From Thermoproteaceae archaeon (GTDB taxonomy: Archaea > Thermoproteota > Thermoprotei > Thermoproteales > Thermoproteaceae), in NCBI GenBank assembly GCA_020833025.1, contig JAJHRB010000025.1:1-19259 (forward strand): 19,259 nt of DNA, in the 5' to 3' direction. Of this stretch, positions 7,609 to 15,783 are shown one piece after another; positions within the stretch are counted from its first letter, which is position 1, and each line of letters begins with the position of its first letter. Both the position numbers and the translations under genes were made by a program. The notes beneath the pieces were generated by a model. It was given only the letters and a program-made list of their open reading frames with translations, searched no databases and had not been told where the DNA came from.

Positions 7609-7944
7609 ATGAAGGCAGCGGCGCTCGAGCCGGCCGTGTTGCTGCCGAAGTTGAGGAGACTGCCGGCGGAGAGAAGAATAGCGTTACTGTACAGGGCAAG
7701 GGACTTCTTGAGCGAGGAGGACTTCAGGCATCTCGCCGCGCTGCTCTCAATAGATCTCGCCCGCGCCGACAGCCCGCGGAGGTGGGCTCGCCTGGGCGAG
7801 ATCGAGGAGGCGCTCGAAGACGGCCATGCTGTCGTGGGCGACGACTTAGTGACTTCCGTCGGGCCGCTTGAGGAGATCGTCAACGGCGAGGAGTATCTCG
7901 GCGAGAGCACCGTCAGGAGGCGATGGAGGTCGTTTACCTTGTGA
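7609..7944 (+). CDS. Hypothetical protein (111 aa)
   Basis: Protein-like L/E/R composition, TATA at the leaderless spacing, and overlap coupling to the next ORF. Confidence 0.65.
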   Translation: MKAAALEPAVLLPKLRRLPAERRIALLYRARDFLSEEDFRHLAALLSIDLARADSPRRWARLGEIEEALEDGHAVVGDDLVTSVGPLEEIVNGEEYLGESTVRRRWRSFTL

Positions 7945-8369
7945 GAAGGCTGGGGCAGTATCTCGGCGGCATAGACGTAGAGAGGATAAGGGAGCTGCTG
8001 GCAGGGAGCCGCGCCAGCGCCATTGCTGTGGAGAGGCTGCTTGGAATCAGCGTGGCGGAGGGCGGGCAGGACGCGGCGCTTGCGCTCGAGTGCGCGAGAC
8101 TCGCGAGATTCCTAGAGCTCTACCGGAGAGAGGAGAGGAGGCTGCTGGGCCTCCGCGCGGAGCTGAGGGCAATGGGCGTGGCGCCGAGCGAGACCGCGCC
8201 GCTCCGCAGGAGGATTCGCTCGGTGAGGAGGGCCTTGCGCGTCTACGGGGAAATTCTGCAGGAGTGCCTCGCCGAGGCGAGGGCGGCGGGCGTCAGTGCA
8301 GGTCATAGTCGTCACTGCTCGGCAACCCCAGGGATCGCATCACCGGCCGCCGCGGCGCCCGGGCATTAA
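7923..8369 (+). CDS. Hypothetical helical protein (148 aa)
   Basis: Amphipathic helical L/E/R pattern. AGGAGG lies before ATG 7923. An alternative GTG at 7941 has GGAGGT upstream and a GTGA overlap with the previous stop. Confidence 0.65.
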   Translation: MEVVYLVRRLGQYLGGIDVERIRELLAGSRASAIAVERLLGISVAEGGQDAALALECARLARFLELYRREERRLLGLRAELRAMGVAPSETAPLRRRIRSVRRALRVYGEILQECLAEARAAGVSAGHSRHCSATPGIASPAAAAPGH

Positions 8370-8387
8370 AAAACTGCGCCCGCGGCT

Positions 8388-9704
8388 TCACGTGCCGAGC
8401 TCCCACGAGCTTACGTAGCGCCTCTGCTCCTCGGTCATCTCCTCGAGCTCCACGCCCATGGTGCTCAGCTTGAGTCTCGCAACCTCCTCGTCCAGCTCGT
8501 CGGGAAGCTTGTAGACGTCCGGCGGCAGCTCGTGCTTGACGAGGTACTCGACCGCCAGCGCCTGGTTGGCAAATGACATGTCCATGACCTCGGAGGGGTG
8601 CCCCTCTGCTGCCACCAGATTGACGAGCCTGCCCTCGCCCACTAGGTACACGCGCTTGCCGCTTGGCAAGACGTACTCGTCCAAGTACGGCCTGATGCTC
8701 CTCTTAGACGCGGCGGCTCTATCCAGCGCCGCTGTGTCTATCTCAACGTTGAAGTGGCCCGCGTTAGCGAGAACGGCGCCGTCTCTCATCTTGAGTATGT
8801 GGTTGAGGTTTATCACGCGTATGTTCCCCGTCGCCGTTATGAAGATGTCGCCGACTTCAGCCGCCCTGTCCATGGGCATTACCTCGAATCCGTCAAACAG
8901 CGCCTCCAGGGCCCTAACTGGATTCACCTCGACCACGATGACCCTCCGGGCGCCGAGACCCCTCGCCCTCAGGGCTATCCCCCTGCCCACCCAGCCGTAC
9001 CCTGCCACCACGACGACCTTGCCGGCCACGAGCATGTTGGTGGCCCTCATGATGCCGTCCCACGTCGACTGGCCCGTGCCGTACCTGTTGTCAAATAGGT
9101 ATTTAGTGTACGACTCGTTGACGGCAATTATCGGGTAGGCCAGCTTGCCCTCGCGCTTCAGGGCCCTCAGCCTGAGAACGCCAGTGGTGGTCTCCTCTGT
9201 GCCCCCGCGGATTTTCTCAACGAGCTTGTCTGCATCAGTCTGCCCGGCCGTCTCGAGGGCGTACTCTACAGTTCTGTCCCTCACGCCGTGCTTGAGCTTG
9301 TGTATCGTCACGGTCAGATCGGCGCCGTCGTCAAGCGTTATCGTCGGGCTGAAGGACGCGGCAAAGCCTATTGCGTTGTAGTACTCCCTCTCGCTCATGC
9401 CGCGCCACGCGTAGACGTAAACTCCCTCCTCTGCCAGGGCCGCGGCGATCTCGTCCTGCGTAGACAGGGGATTGGAGGGGACCAGCACCACCTGCGCGCC
9501 GCCTGCGGCGAGAGTTCGCACGAGGACTCCTGTCTCCTTGGTGACGTGGAGGCACGCGGCGATGAGCTGCCCTGCCAGCGGCCTCTCCCTCTCGAACCTC
9601 CTCCTTATTTCCATTAGCACTGGCATGTTCCTCTCGGCCCAGTAAAGCTGGTCCCTGCCCTTGCCCGCGAGCGAGGGATCCCTTACTTTTGACTCGCGCG
9701 CCAC
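8388..9704 (-). CDS. ahcY: Adenosylhomocysteinase (SAH hydrolase)
   Basis: [85 protein letters not shown]. Confidence 0.97.
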   Translation of the reverse strand: MARESKVRDPSLAGKGRDQLYWAERNMPVLMEIRRRFERERPLAGQLIAACLHVTKETGVLVRTLAAGGAQVVLVPSNPLSTQDEIAAALAEEGVYVYAWRGMSEREYYNAIGFAASFSPTITLDDGADLTVTIHKLKHGVRDRTVEYALETAGQTDADKLVEKIRGGTEETTTGVLRLRALKREGKLAYPIIAVNESYTKYLFDNRYGTGQSTWDGIMRATNMLVAGKVVVVAGYGWVGRGIALRARGLGARRVIVVEVNPVRALEALFDGFEVMPMDRAAEVGDIFITATGNIRVINLNHILKMRDGAVLANAGHFNVEIDTAALDRAAASKRSIRPYLDEYVLPSGKRVYLVGEGRLVNLVAAEGHPSEVMDMSFANQALAVEYLVKHELPPDVYKLPDELDEEVARLKLSTMGVELEEMTEEQRRYVSSWELGT

Positions 9705-9723
9705 GAGTGCCTGGCACCAGCCG

Positions 9724-9732
9724 TTTTATATA
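9724..9732 (-). promoter_or_regulatory. TATA box of ahcY
   Basis: TATATAAAA on the minus strand, about 19-20 nt before GTG 9704. Confidence 0.65.
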
Positions 9733-9779
9733 GTGCGTGCAGGGCCGCGCTTGTCGCGCGGAAATCTCGTGAGAACCGA

Positions 9780-9785
9780 TTTATG
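9780..9785 (+). promoter_or_regulatory. TATA-like box for the 9806-11621 gene run
   Basis: TTTATG, 20 nt before GTG 9806. Confidence 0.5.
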
Positions 9786-9805
9786 GGCTGCACATAGCGC
9801 CCGGC

Positions 9806-10336
9806 GTGGCAGCGCCAAAAGTGCGCACGTACACTACCGGCCTGGACGAGGCGCTCTGCGGGGGCAAGCGCGTGAGAATCAGCGCGCCGGCACTTCGGAT
9901 AGAGCCTCTCTCGAAGGAGGACGTTGAGGCCGTGGGGAGAGCTGTCGAGGAAGTAGAGAGGCGTGCGCAGCAGAAACGGGGAGAGATAGCTGAATTTGAC
10001 AGCGAGACTCTGGAGACCCTCGGGGGCCCCTCTGCGAGATTGACGTGGGTTGACTCGCTTTATGTCGCGGCGGCACTAGCCCGCGAGACGGCTGGCGTGC
10101 CTGTGTCGAGAGTAGCGGGCGAGCTGGAAGCGTCCGGGAGCCGTGAGGCGCCACATGCGGGGGGAGACAGGGACGGGTCAGATAACTGCCCGCGCCTACA
10201 ATGGACTCGCGAGGGAGGCTTCAGGGCGAAGCCGCCGGCCTGGCTCTCCGCAGGCTGCGAGAGACAGCTGGCAGAGCTTGAGGACAGGCTCGAGAGAGCG
10301 GGAGAGGCCCTGGAGGAAGTCCTCCGCGCGCTGTGA
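9806..10336 (+). CDS. Hypothetical protein (176 aa)
   Basis: TATA at the leaderless spacing, TGATG overlap with the next gene, and helical E/R/A-rich segments. Confidence 0.65.
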   Translation: MAAPKVRTYTTGLDEALCGGKRVRISAPALRIEPLSKEDVEAVGRAVEEVERRAQQKRGEIAEFDSETLETLGGPSARLTWVDSLYVAAALARETAGVPVSRVAGELEASGSREAPHAGGDRDGSDNCPRLQWTREGGFRAKPPAWLSAGCERQLAELEDRLERAGEALEEVLRAL

Positions 10337-11019
10337 TGCAGCCCCCGGAGAGCCTGACCGTAATTAATGAAGTCAGGGACCTGGGCGTCTTTGTTGTGTA
10401 CGACATCATAGTCGGGGCGAGTAACACAAGCTACCCCGAGGGGCTGGAGAGGGAAGTTGAGAGCGCCGTCGGCGAGGCGAGGCGAGCTCTCTCTCTCGCC
10501 GCGCTTAAGGACAACCCGGTGATACGCGCCTACAGGGACTTCTACTGGCGGGTGTTGAAAATAGACCCCACGAAGCAGAGGCCCGCCCAGGAGGCCCTAC
10601 TGAGGAGGATCCTGCGCGGGGAGCCGCTGCCGAGAATAAGCCCCGCTGTTGACGCCGGAAATGCCGCCTCAATCAAGTACCTAGTCCCCATCGGGCTGTA
10701 CGACATCGGCAAGATAAGCGGCAGGACGCTCTACTTGAGGAGGGCGAGGCGGGGTGAGGTCTTCCGGCCCGTAGGCGGCCGGCCCTTCGAGCTCGCGGAC
10801 AACCAGATAGTCCTGGCGTCTGGCGGGCAGATACTTCACGTCTATCCCTACAGAGACAGCATCGACACAGTGGTAGACGAGAGGACTAGGGACTTCCTCG
10901 TAGTGATAGCCGGAGCTCCCGGCGTGGAGAGGGAGCGCCTGGTGGGGGCCGCGCTGTACCTCCGCAAGCTCTTCTCGCTCCTCGGCGGCATTGCCGTCGG
11001 GGAGATCCGCACCGCGTAG
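10336..11019 (+). CDS. Stand-alone B3/4 domain protein (PheRS beta editing-domain-like)
   Basis: IRAYRDFYWR..KIDPTKQRPAQEALLRRILRG..LPRISPAVDAGNAASIKYLVPIGLYD pattern. ATG 10336 overlaps the upstream TGA; GTG 10333 is an alternative start. Confidence 0.88.
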   Translation: MQPPESLTVINEVRDLGVFVVYDIIVGASNTSYPEGLEREVESAVGEARRALSLAALKDNPVIRAYRDFYWRVLKIDPTKQRPAQEALLRRILRGEPLPRISPAVDAGNAASIKYLVPIGLYDIGKISGRTLYLRRARRGEVFRPVGGRPFELADNQIVLASGGQILHVYPYRDSIDTVVDERTRDFLVVIAGAPGVERERLVGAALYLRKLFSLLGGIAVGEIRTA

Positions 11020-11024
11020 CGGCA

Positions 11025-11621
11025 ATGGTCGAGGTAGTGGTGTTCGGCGACATTCACATAGGCTCGAGGCACTCGCGGCTTGGCGAACTAAGGCGCTGCC
11101 TCAAGTCGGCCAGCCCCGAGGAGGTCGTAATGACCGGCGACTTATTTGAGAACCAGCACAGGAGGGTCGGGCACGACGAGGCCGTGCGCCTGATAAGAAA
11201 GGCGCTCGAGCTGCTGCAGCTAGAGCCGCTCAGAGTTTTCATCGCGCTCAGCAGGGCATCGCACGACCCGCAGCTCCCGGGCCCTCTCGTGGCGAGAGTA
11301 GGGCGCAGCGAGGTGGTCGCGCACAACGGGGAGGTCTTCGTCGACGGCGCGGTTAAGATAGTGGCCTCGCACGGCGATGGGGTGATCAAGAGCGGCGTCG
11401 TGGCCTACCTCGCCGACATCGTTAGGAGGGGCCACGTCGGGAGGGTGTTGCGCAGCAGGCTCGGTGTGCCGCGCGACGTGTGGGTCGTGTACGGCCACAG
11501 TCACGTGCCCTTTATTGACGCCGGCGAGAGGATACTGAACCCGGGAGCCTGGAAGGTCTACGGCATCAGGAGAGTGAGGGGCAGCGTCTACCGGCTACCT
11601 TCTGCCAAGCCGCTCTGCTAG
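11025..11621 (+). CDS. Calcineurin-like metallophosphoesterase
   Basis: FGDIHIG, TGDLFE, ASHD, SHGD, YGHSH and NPGAW motifs. Confidence 0.85.
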   Translation: MVEVVVFGDIHIGSRHSRLGELRRCLKSASPEEVVMTGDLFENQHRRVGHDEAVRLIRKALELLQLEPLRVFIALSRASHDPQLPGPLVARVGRSEVVAHNGEVFVDGAVKIVASHGDGVIKSGVVAYLADIVRRGHVGRVLRSRLGVPRDVWVVYGHSHVPFIDAGERILNPGAWKVYGIRRVRGSVYRLPSAKPLC

Positions 11622-12125
11622 CCACGTCTCAATCCTGCTGAGGGCCTCGGGCAGCCTCCCCAGGTCTATGACGTCCCCGCGCTGCGGCGCGCCTGCGAGA
11701 CAGCGCTCCCACGGCACGCGGAATTGCACATTGCCGCGCGCAATGCGCCTCACGGTCTCGGGCGCTAGCTCCTCGCGATCTACCACACCGCCGTAGCCGG
11801 CATACGCTACGTACGGCGCGTAGCCGATGTAAAGCAGCTCTCCGCTCGCGTGGGCCAGGACTTTCGATATTGTTGCCTGCCTGCACGTGGACATGTTGAG
11901 CACTCTCACCCTGTAGCCCATCTTTGCCACGAGGGCCCCGACGGCCGCGAACTGGTATGAAGATGCCGGGGGCGGGGGCACGACGGTAACCTCGCCGAGG
12001 GGGTTCTGCACGTCAAACAGCAAGTACACGCAGAAGTCGCGGAGCAGGTAGCGCTCTGGAACCTCTCCCGCCAGCCCTAGCACTCTCCCGCACGCCACGC
12101 CCCCTACCGGGGGCTCTCGGCGCAT
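11595..12125 (-). CDS. Hypothetical protein, possibly a degenerate RecA-like P-loop fold
   Basis: Protein-like composition. The segment GEVTVVPPPPASSYQF...AKMGYRVRVLN resembles RecA/KaiC strand-1/P-loop/helix/strand-2 but lacks GKT. 27-nt convergent overlap with the upstream gene. Confidence 0.6.
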   Translation of the reverse strand: MRREPPVGGVACGRVLGLAGEVPERYLLRDFCVYLLFDVQNPLGEVTVVPPPPASSYQFAAVGALVAKMGYRVRVLNMSTCRQATISKVLAHASGELLYIGYAPYVAYAGYGGVVDREELAPETVRRIARGNVQFRVPWERCLAGAPQRGDVIDLGRLPEALSRIETWLAERLGRR

Positions 12126-12180
12126 TCCGAGCCTCTCTGGGGCCGTCCAGAAGGCAGGGGTTTCAGGCGAGAGAGCGCCA

Positions 12181-12693
12181 TCAGCGCAAGAGGTACTCGA
12201 GCACTGCCTCGACGACCTCGTCCTGCATAAGATAGCCGAAGTGCATGTAGCCCCTGCCTTTCTTGAGATCGTACAGCAGTAGCGTCGGCGTTCCGTACAC
12301 GCCGACCTCCTCGGCGAGTCTCTCGCACTCCTTGTAACTCTCTCCGGGGCAGTCGCCGACCTTTACCTCACCGCCGTTAAACACCTGCGCCACGAACTCA
12401 AGCCTCTCCTCGTCAGGAATGCAGCGGAGCGCCCGGTGTAAAGGCTCGGCGCTCTTGTGGACTATGTAGTCGCACATGATGTATGTCAGAATGCCCCGGA
12501 ATGCCAGGTCGGCGAAGTACTCTTCGGTCTCCCGAAAGAGCCTGGCACAGTAGGGGCACTTGAAGTCAAAGAACACGGCAACAACTCTGTCGTTATTGCT
12601 GCCGAGCTTGATTGGGGCGACGTCCAGCAGCCTCCTCACAGACTCCGTCTTTGCGACGGGCACGAATTTCGGCCTGCTCCGTCTGAACAGCAC
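12181..12693 (-). CDS. Thioredoxin-fold DsbA/DsbG-like protein
   Basis: VFFDFKCPYC active site and GVYGTPTL cis-Pro motif. Confidence 0.85.
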   Translation of the reverse strand: MLFRRSRPKFVPVAKTESVRRLLDVAPIKLGSNNDRVVAVFFDFKCPYCARLFRETEEYFADLAFRGILTYIMCDYIVHKSAEPLHRALRCIPDEERLEFVAQVFNGGEVKVGDCPGESYKECERLAEEVGVYGTPTLLLYDLKKGRGYMHFGYLMQDEVVEAVLEYLLR

Positions 12694-12717
12694 CGTGAGA
12701 GAGCGCGCGCGGGCGCG

Positions 12718-12724
12718 ATATAAA
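12718..12724 (-). promoter_or_regulatory. TATA box of the thioredoxin-fold gene
   Basis: TTTATAT on the minus strand, 24 nt before GTG 12693. Confidence 0.55.
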
Positions 12725-12772
12725 CATTCAGTGCCGCGGCGCGGAGCGGCAGCCGTTTTCTGTCTGCAGCGC

Positions 12773-12782
12773 TAATTAATTA
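12773..12782 (+). promoter_or_regulatory. TATA-like AT palindrome before the membrane-protein gene
   Basis: TAATTAATTA, 17-21 nt before ATG 12800 depending on which hexamer is used. Confidence 0.5.
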
Positions 12783-12799
12783 CCAAGGCGATCCTCTCG

Positions 12800-13282
12800 A
12801 TGCTGGACCTAAGCTTCATTTCGCGCGCCGTGAGAGCATCTCTCGTCTTTGTAATACTTAGCGTGCTCTGCGTGATGTTCGGCGTCTGGCTCACTGGAGT
12901 CCTCGACATCTACCCGCTACTCGTCGGGATCTACCTGATGACCGTGACCTCGGTGGTGCCGTACGCCGCGATCACGGTAGCAAGGGCCGTCAGGAATAGG
13001 GAGAACGGCAAGTGGATTATCACGGTCGCGCTGGCTCTCGCGCTCACCATCTCGCTCGCCGCCGCGGCCGTTAAGCTGTGCGCCCTCAGGAGCGCAATAC
13101 CGCAGGTCGCGCTGTTGCAGTTGAGATTTGACGGCATTCTGGCCCTCTCTCTTGCATTACTGGCCCTCTCCGCCGTGATTTACTTGGGGAGCGCGATACA
13201 AGACGGCAGGAGGCTGGCGCGCAAGCTGTACTTCAGCATCGTCGAGGGGAGAGAGGACGATAGGGAGGTTGAAGTTATCTGA
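12800..13282 (+). CDS. Integral membrane protein, about 4 TM helices
   Basis: Four hydrophobic segments (ASLVFVILSVLCVMFGVWL, LLVGIYLMTVTSVVPYAAITV, WIITVALALALTISLAAAAV, GILALSLALLALSAVIYLG) and a charged C-terminal tail. Confidence 0.8.
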   Translation: MLDLSFISRAVRASLVFVILSVLCVMFGVWLTGVLDIYPLLVGIYLMTVTSVVPYAAITVARAVRNRENGKWIITVALALALTISLAAAAVKLCALRSAIPQVALLQLRFDGILALSLALLALSAVIYLGSAIQDGRRLARKLYFSIVEGREDDREVEVI

Positions 13283-13595
13283 GCTCTTAGAGGCAAGACT
13301 ATATACCCGCGGACCCGCGATCTGCGTGGACTGCGTGGTCTCGCTGATTAGGGAGTTTGAGAAGACTTGCGAGCTTGTGGAATCGCTGAGGTTTGAGCGC
13401 GGCAGGCGCTATGTGTACAGGCTGGCGTCGGACGATTGCGAGTACCTCGTTCACATAGTCTCCCACAACGATAACTTGTATGTTGAGTTCTGGACTCCGA
13501 GACACGCCGTGCCGATAATAGTGCTCAGGGTGTCTGAGGGCGGCGACATTTACCGGACGGCAGCGCTCTTGAGAGTACTGGCGGGGAGGCGCTGA
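13269..13595 (+). CDS. Hypothetical protein with CxxC (108 aa)
   Basis: TTG start overlapping the upstream gene by 14 nt, purine-rich SD-like context, ICVDC motif and alpha/beta pattern. Confidence 0.7.
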   Translation: MKLSELLEARLYTRGPAICVDCVVSLIREFEKTCELVESLRFERGRRYVYRLASDDCEYLVHIVSHNDNLYVEFWTPRHAVPIIVLRVSEGGDIYRTAALLRVLAGRR

Positions 13596-13643
13596 TAACT
13601 GAAAGCCCGGCCCTGCCGGCGGGATACCGCTAGCGGGGAACGC

Positions 13644-13649
13644 TTATAT
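13644..13649 (+). promoter_or_regulatory. TATA box of serS
   Basis: TTATAT, 20 nt before GTG 13670. Confidence 0.65.
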
Positions 13650-13669
13650 GACGCGAGCCGCTCTGCGCC

Positions 13670-15013
13670 GTGTCATACAGTGTGCTCGAAGCGCTGAGGA
13701 ACAGCCCGGATTGCGTGAGGGAGGCCCTCACGGCGAGACGTCTCGACGCCTCGCTGGTCGACAGATTCCTGGAACTGGACGCTAAGTGGAGGCGCCTAAA
13801 GGGAGAGGTCGACGGCCTGAGACACCAGTATAACGCGCTGGCAAGGGAGGGCGCGAGGGCGCCGCCAGAGGAAAAAGGGAAAATTGCAGAGAGGGCGAGA
13901 GAGCTCGCAGAGAGAATTGAAAAGCTGGAGAGAGAATTGAAAGAGATAGAGCGCGCGAGAGAGGAGCTTCTGTGGAGCCTTCCCAACTTAGTTCATGAGT
14001 CAGTTCCGGTGTGCCCGGAGGGCGTGGAATCAGTTCCCGTGAGGTACTGGGGCGCCACCGCGGCCGCGAGAGACGCCGCGGAGGCCGCCGGCGGGACCGG
14101 CAGCGTCGTACTGAGCAAGCCGCCAGTAGGTCATGCCGACATGGCCGAGAAAGTGCTGAGAATGGCCGACACGGAGAAGGCGGGAGAGGTCGCGGGGAGT
14201 CGGTTCTACTACCTCTTCGACGATCTCGTATGGCTCGACCTCGCGCTTGCCCTCTACGCGCTGGACCGTCTCGTGCAGCGGGGCTTCAAGCCGGTCATAC
14301 CCCCGTACATGCTCAAGTTCGACATAATAAGGAGAGTACTTGACTTGGACACGTTTAAAGATGCCATTTACAAGATTGAGGGGGAGGACTTGTACCTGAT
14401 AGCGACATCCGAGCACTCAATAGCGGCATATCTGTACAAGCGCGAGCTTGTCGAGGACGAGCTCCCGCAGCTTTACGCCGGCTGGTCGCCGTGTTTCAGG
14501 AGGGAGGCCGGCGCCGGCAGCAGAGACCTGAAGGGAATCTTCAGAGTTCACGTGTTCCACAAGGTCGAGCAGTTTGTCTTCTCGCTGCCCGAGGAGTCGT
14601 GGAAGTGGCACGAGGAGATAACGAGAAACACCGAGGAGCTCGTAAGGGACCTCGGGCTGCCGTACAGAGTTGTTAACATCTGCGCGCACGAGCTGGGGGC
14701 GCCTGCCGCCAAGAAGTACGACATAGAAGTGTGGTACCCAGCCCAGGGCAGGTACAGGGAGATTGCCAGCTGCTCTAACGTCACGGACTGGCAGTCCTTC
14801 AGGCTCGGCATAAGGGTGCTGAGGAGGGACATGAGGCGCGAGTACGTCCACACGCTCAACTGCACGGGGCTTGCCACGACGCGCACGATAACGGCAATAC
14901 TCGAGAACTTCCAGCGGGAGGGCGGAGTCGTGGAGATACCAAAGGTGCTGAGACCGTACCTGGAGCCCATAAGGTCGGCGCCCAGAGATTACATATACCC
15001 GAGAAAGGCGTAG
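13670..15013 (+). CDS. serS: Seryl-tRNA synthetase (standard class II type)
   Basis: N-terminal coiled-coil arm, LPNLVHESVP, LIATSEH, motif 2 FRREAG...GIFRVHVFHKVEQF, EIASCSN, motif 3 HTLNCTGLATTRT. Confidence 0.97.
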   Translation: MSYSVLEALRNSPDCVREALTARRLDASLVDRFLELDAKWRRLKGEVDGLRHQYNALAREGARAPPEEKGKIAERARELAERIEKLERELKEIERAREELLWSLPNLVHESVPVCPEGVESVPVRYWGATAAARDAAEAAGGTGSVVLSKPPVGHADMAEKVLRMADTEKAGEVAGSRFYYLFDDLVWLDLALALYALDRLVQRGFKPVIPPYMLKFDIIRRVLDLDTFKDAIYKIEGEDLYLIATSEHSIAAYLYKRELVEDELPQLYAGWSPCFRREAGAGSRDLKGIFRVHVFHKVEQFVFSLPEESWKWHEEITRNTEELVRDLGLPYRVVNICAHELGAPAAKKYDIEVWYPAQGRYREIASCSNVTDWQSFRLGIRVLRRDMRREYVHTLNCTGLATTRTITAILENFQREGGVVEIPKVLRPYLEPIRSAPRDYIYPRKA

Positions 15014-15115
15014 CGCCGGGAACGTCAGCCGCCCGGCCGCGCCCGCGCTGCCGGCGCTCGCGCCGCAGGAGCGCGCTGCAGGGGGTTGCCAAATTCGCAC
15101 GCAGAGACGCCCGGC

Positions 15116-15168
15116 GCTCAGAGATTAGGTCCGTCGTCACCGCTCTGCAAGCCTGGACTCCTCATGCC
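15116..15168 (-). ncRNA. Box C/D methylation-guide sRNA (sRNA-B)
   Basis: Minus strand: C ATGAGGA (15165-15159), guide GTCCAGGCTTG (11 nt), D' CAGA (15147-15144), GCG, C' GTGACGA (15140-15134), guide CGGACCTAATCT (12 nt), D CTGA (15121-15118). TATA TTAAAA at 15194-15189. Confidence 0.75.
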
Positions 15169-15188
15169 GACGTACCGCGGCGTGCGCA

Positions 15189-15194
15189 TTTTAA
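15189..15194 (-). promoter_or_regulatory. TATA box for sRNA-B
   Basis: TTAAAA on the minus strand. The 20-21 nt spacing seen elsewhere puts the start at about 15168, three bases before the C box. Confidence 0.55.
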
Positions 15195-15232
15195 GCCTTC
15201 CGGCTCTGCCGCGGCTCCCGCCGGGGCTGGTG

Positions 15233-15242
15233 TATTTATTTT
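15233..15242 (+). promoter_or_regulatory. TATA-like box for the 15265/pyrH run
   Basis: TATTTATTTT, about 22 nt before GTG 15265. Confidence 0.55.
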
Positions 15243-15264
15243 CTGCCGCAGCCGCCTCTGCACA

Positions 15265-15783
15265 GTGTCTGCGCGTGATATTGTTACCAGCATCATAGCC
15301 GACGCGGTTGCAGACTTCATAAGGAGGGTTTGCGAGTGCGAGAGGTCTAGAGAGACGCTCGTGGAGGATCTAGAGCTCGCGAGGGTTGCAGACGAGGTCG
15401 TCAGGGCGGTGTCAGAGGGCAGGGAGGGGGTCTTCGGCCCTGTCATTATGCGCGCTCAAAAGAAGCCGCTGAGGCGCAGGATAAGGGTGTGGCTCTTCGG
15501 GCGTGAGGTCAGCGTCGAGGAGCTGCTGGTTAGAATCTCCAAGGCGAGGTCGCGCGCCGCGTGGCTGAACAGCGACTGCTCGCAGAACGCGCTCCTTGAG
15601 ACTATTTACAAGACGGAAGACCGCTACCTTATTGAAATCATCAAGCGGGATTTCGAGAAGTTCAAGGCTGCGTGCCGCGGGGAGGCACCGAGCATAGACT
15701 TCAACGAGGTGCCGAGCTATGTTTCGGAGGGCATAAGGAGGGGCATTGAAGTGTATCTAGCGGCGCATGGCGCTAGTCGTTAA
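15265..15783 (+). CDS. Hypothetical protein (172 aa)
   Basis: Protein-like composition, TATA at the expected spacing, 17-nt overlap with pyrH. Confidence 0.75.
   Translation: MSARDIVTSIIADAVADFIRRVCECERSRETLVEDLELARVADEVVRAVSEGREGVFGPVIMRAQKKPLRRRIRVWLFGREVSVEELLVRISKARSRAAWLNSDCSQNALLETIYKTEDRYLIEIIKRDFEKFKAACRGEAPSIDFNEVPSYVSEGIRRGIEVYLAAHGASR

Noticed and set aside
10333-10385. GTGATGC...CTGA at the 9806/B3-4 junction
   Set aside because: Explained by the stop/start overlap, lies within coding sequence, and has no convincing C' or D box.
12136-12184. Third C/D-like pattern on the minus strand (CTGATGG, 11 nt, CTGA, ... CAGA)
   Set aside because: The C box is imperfect and overlaps a stop codon, and no recognisable C' box is present. 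Worth including in a scan but not supportable.
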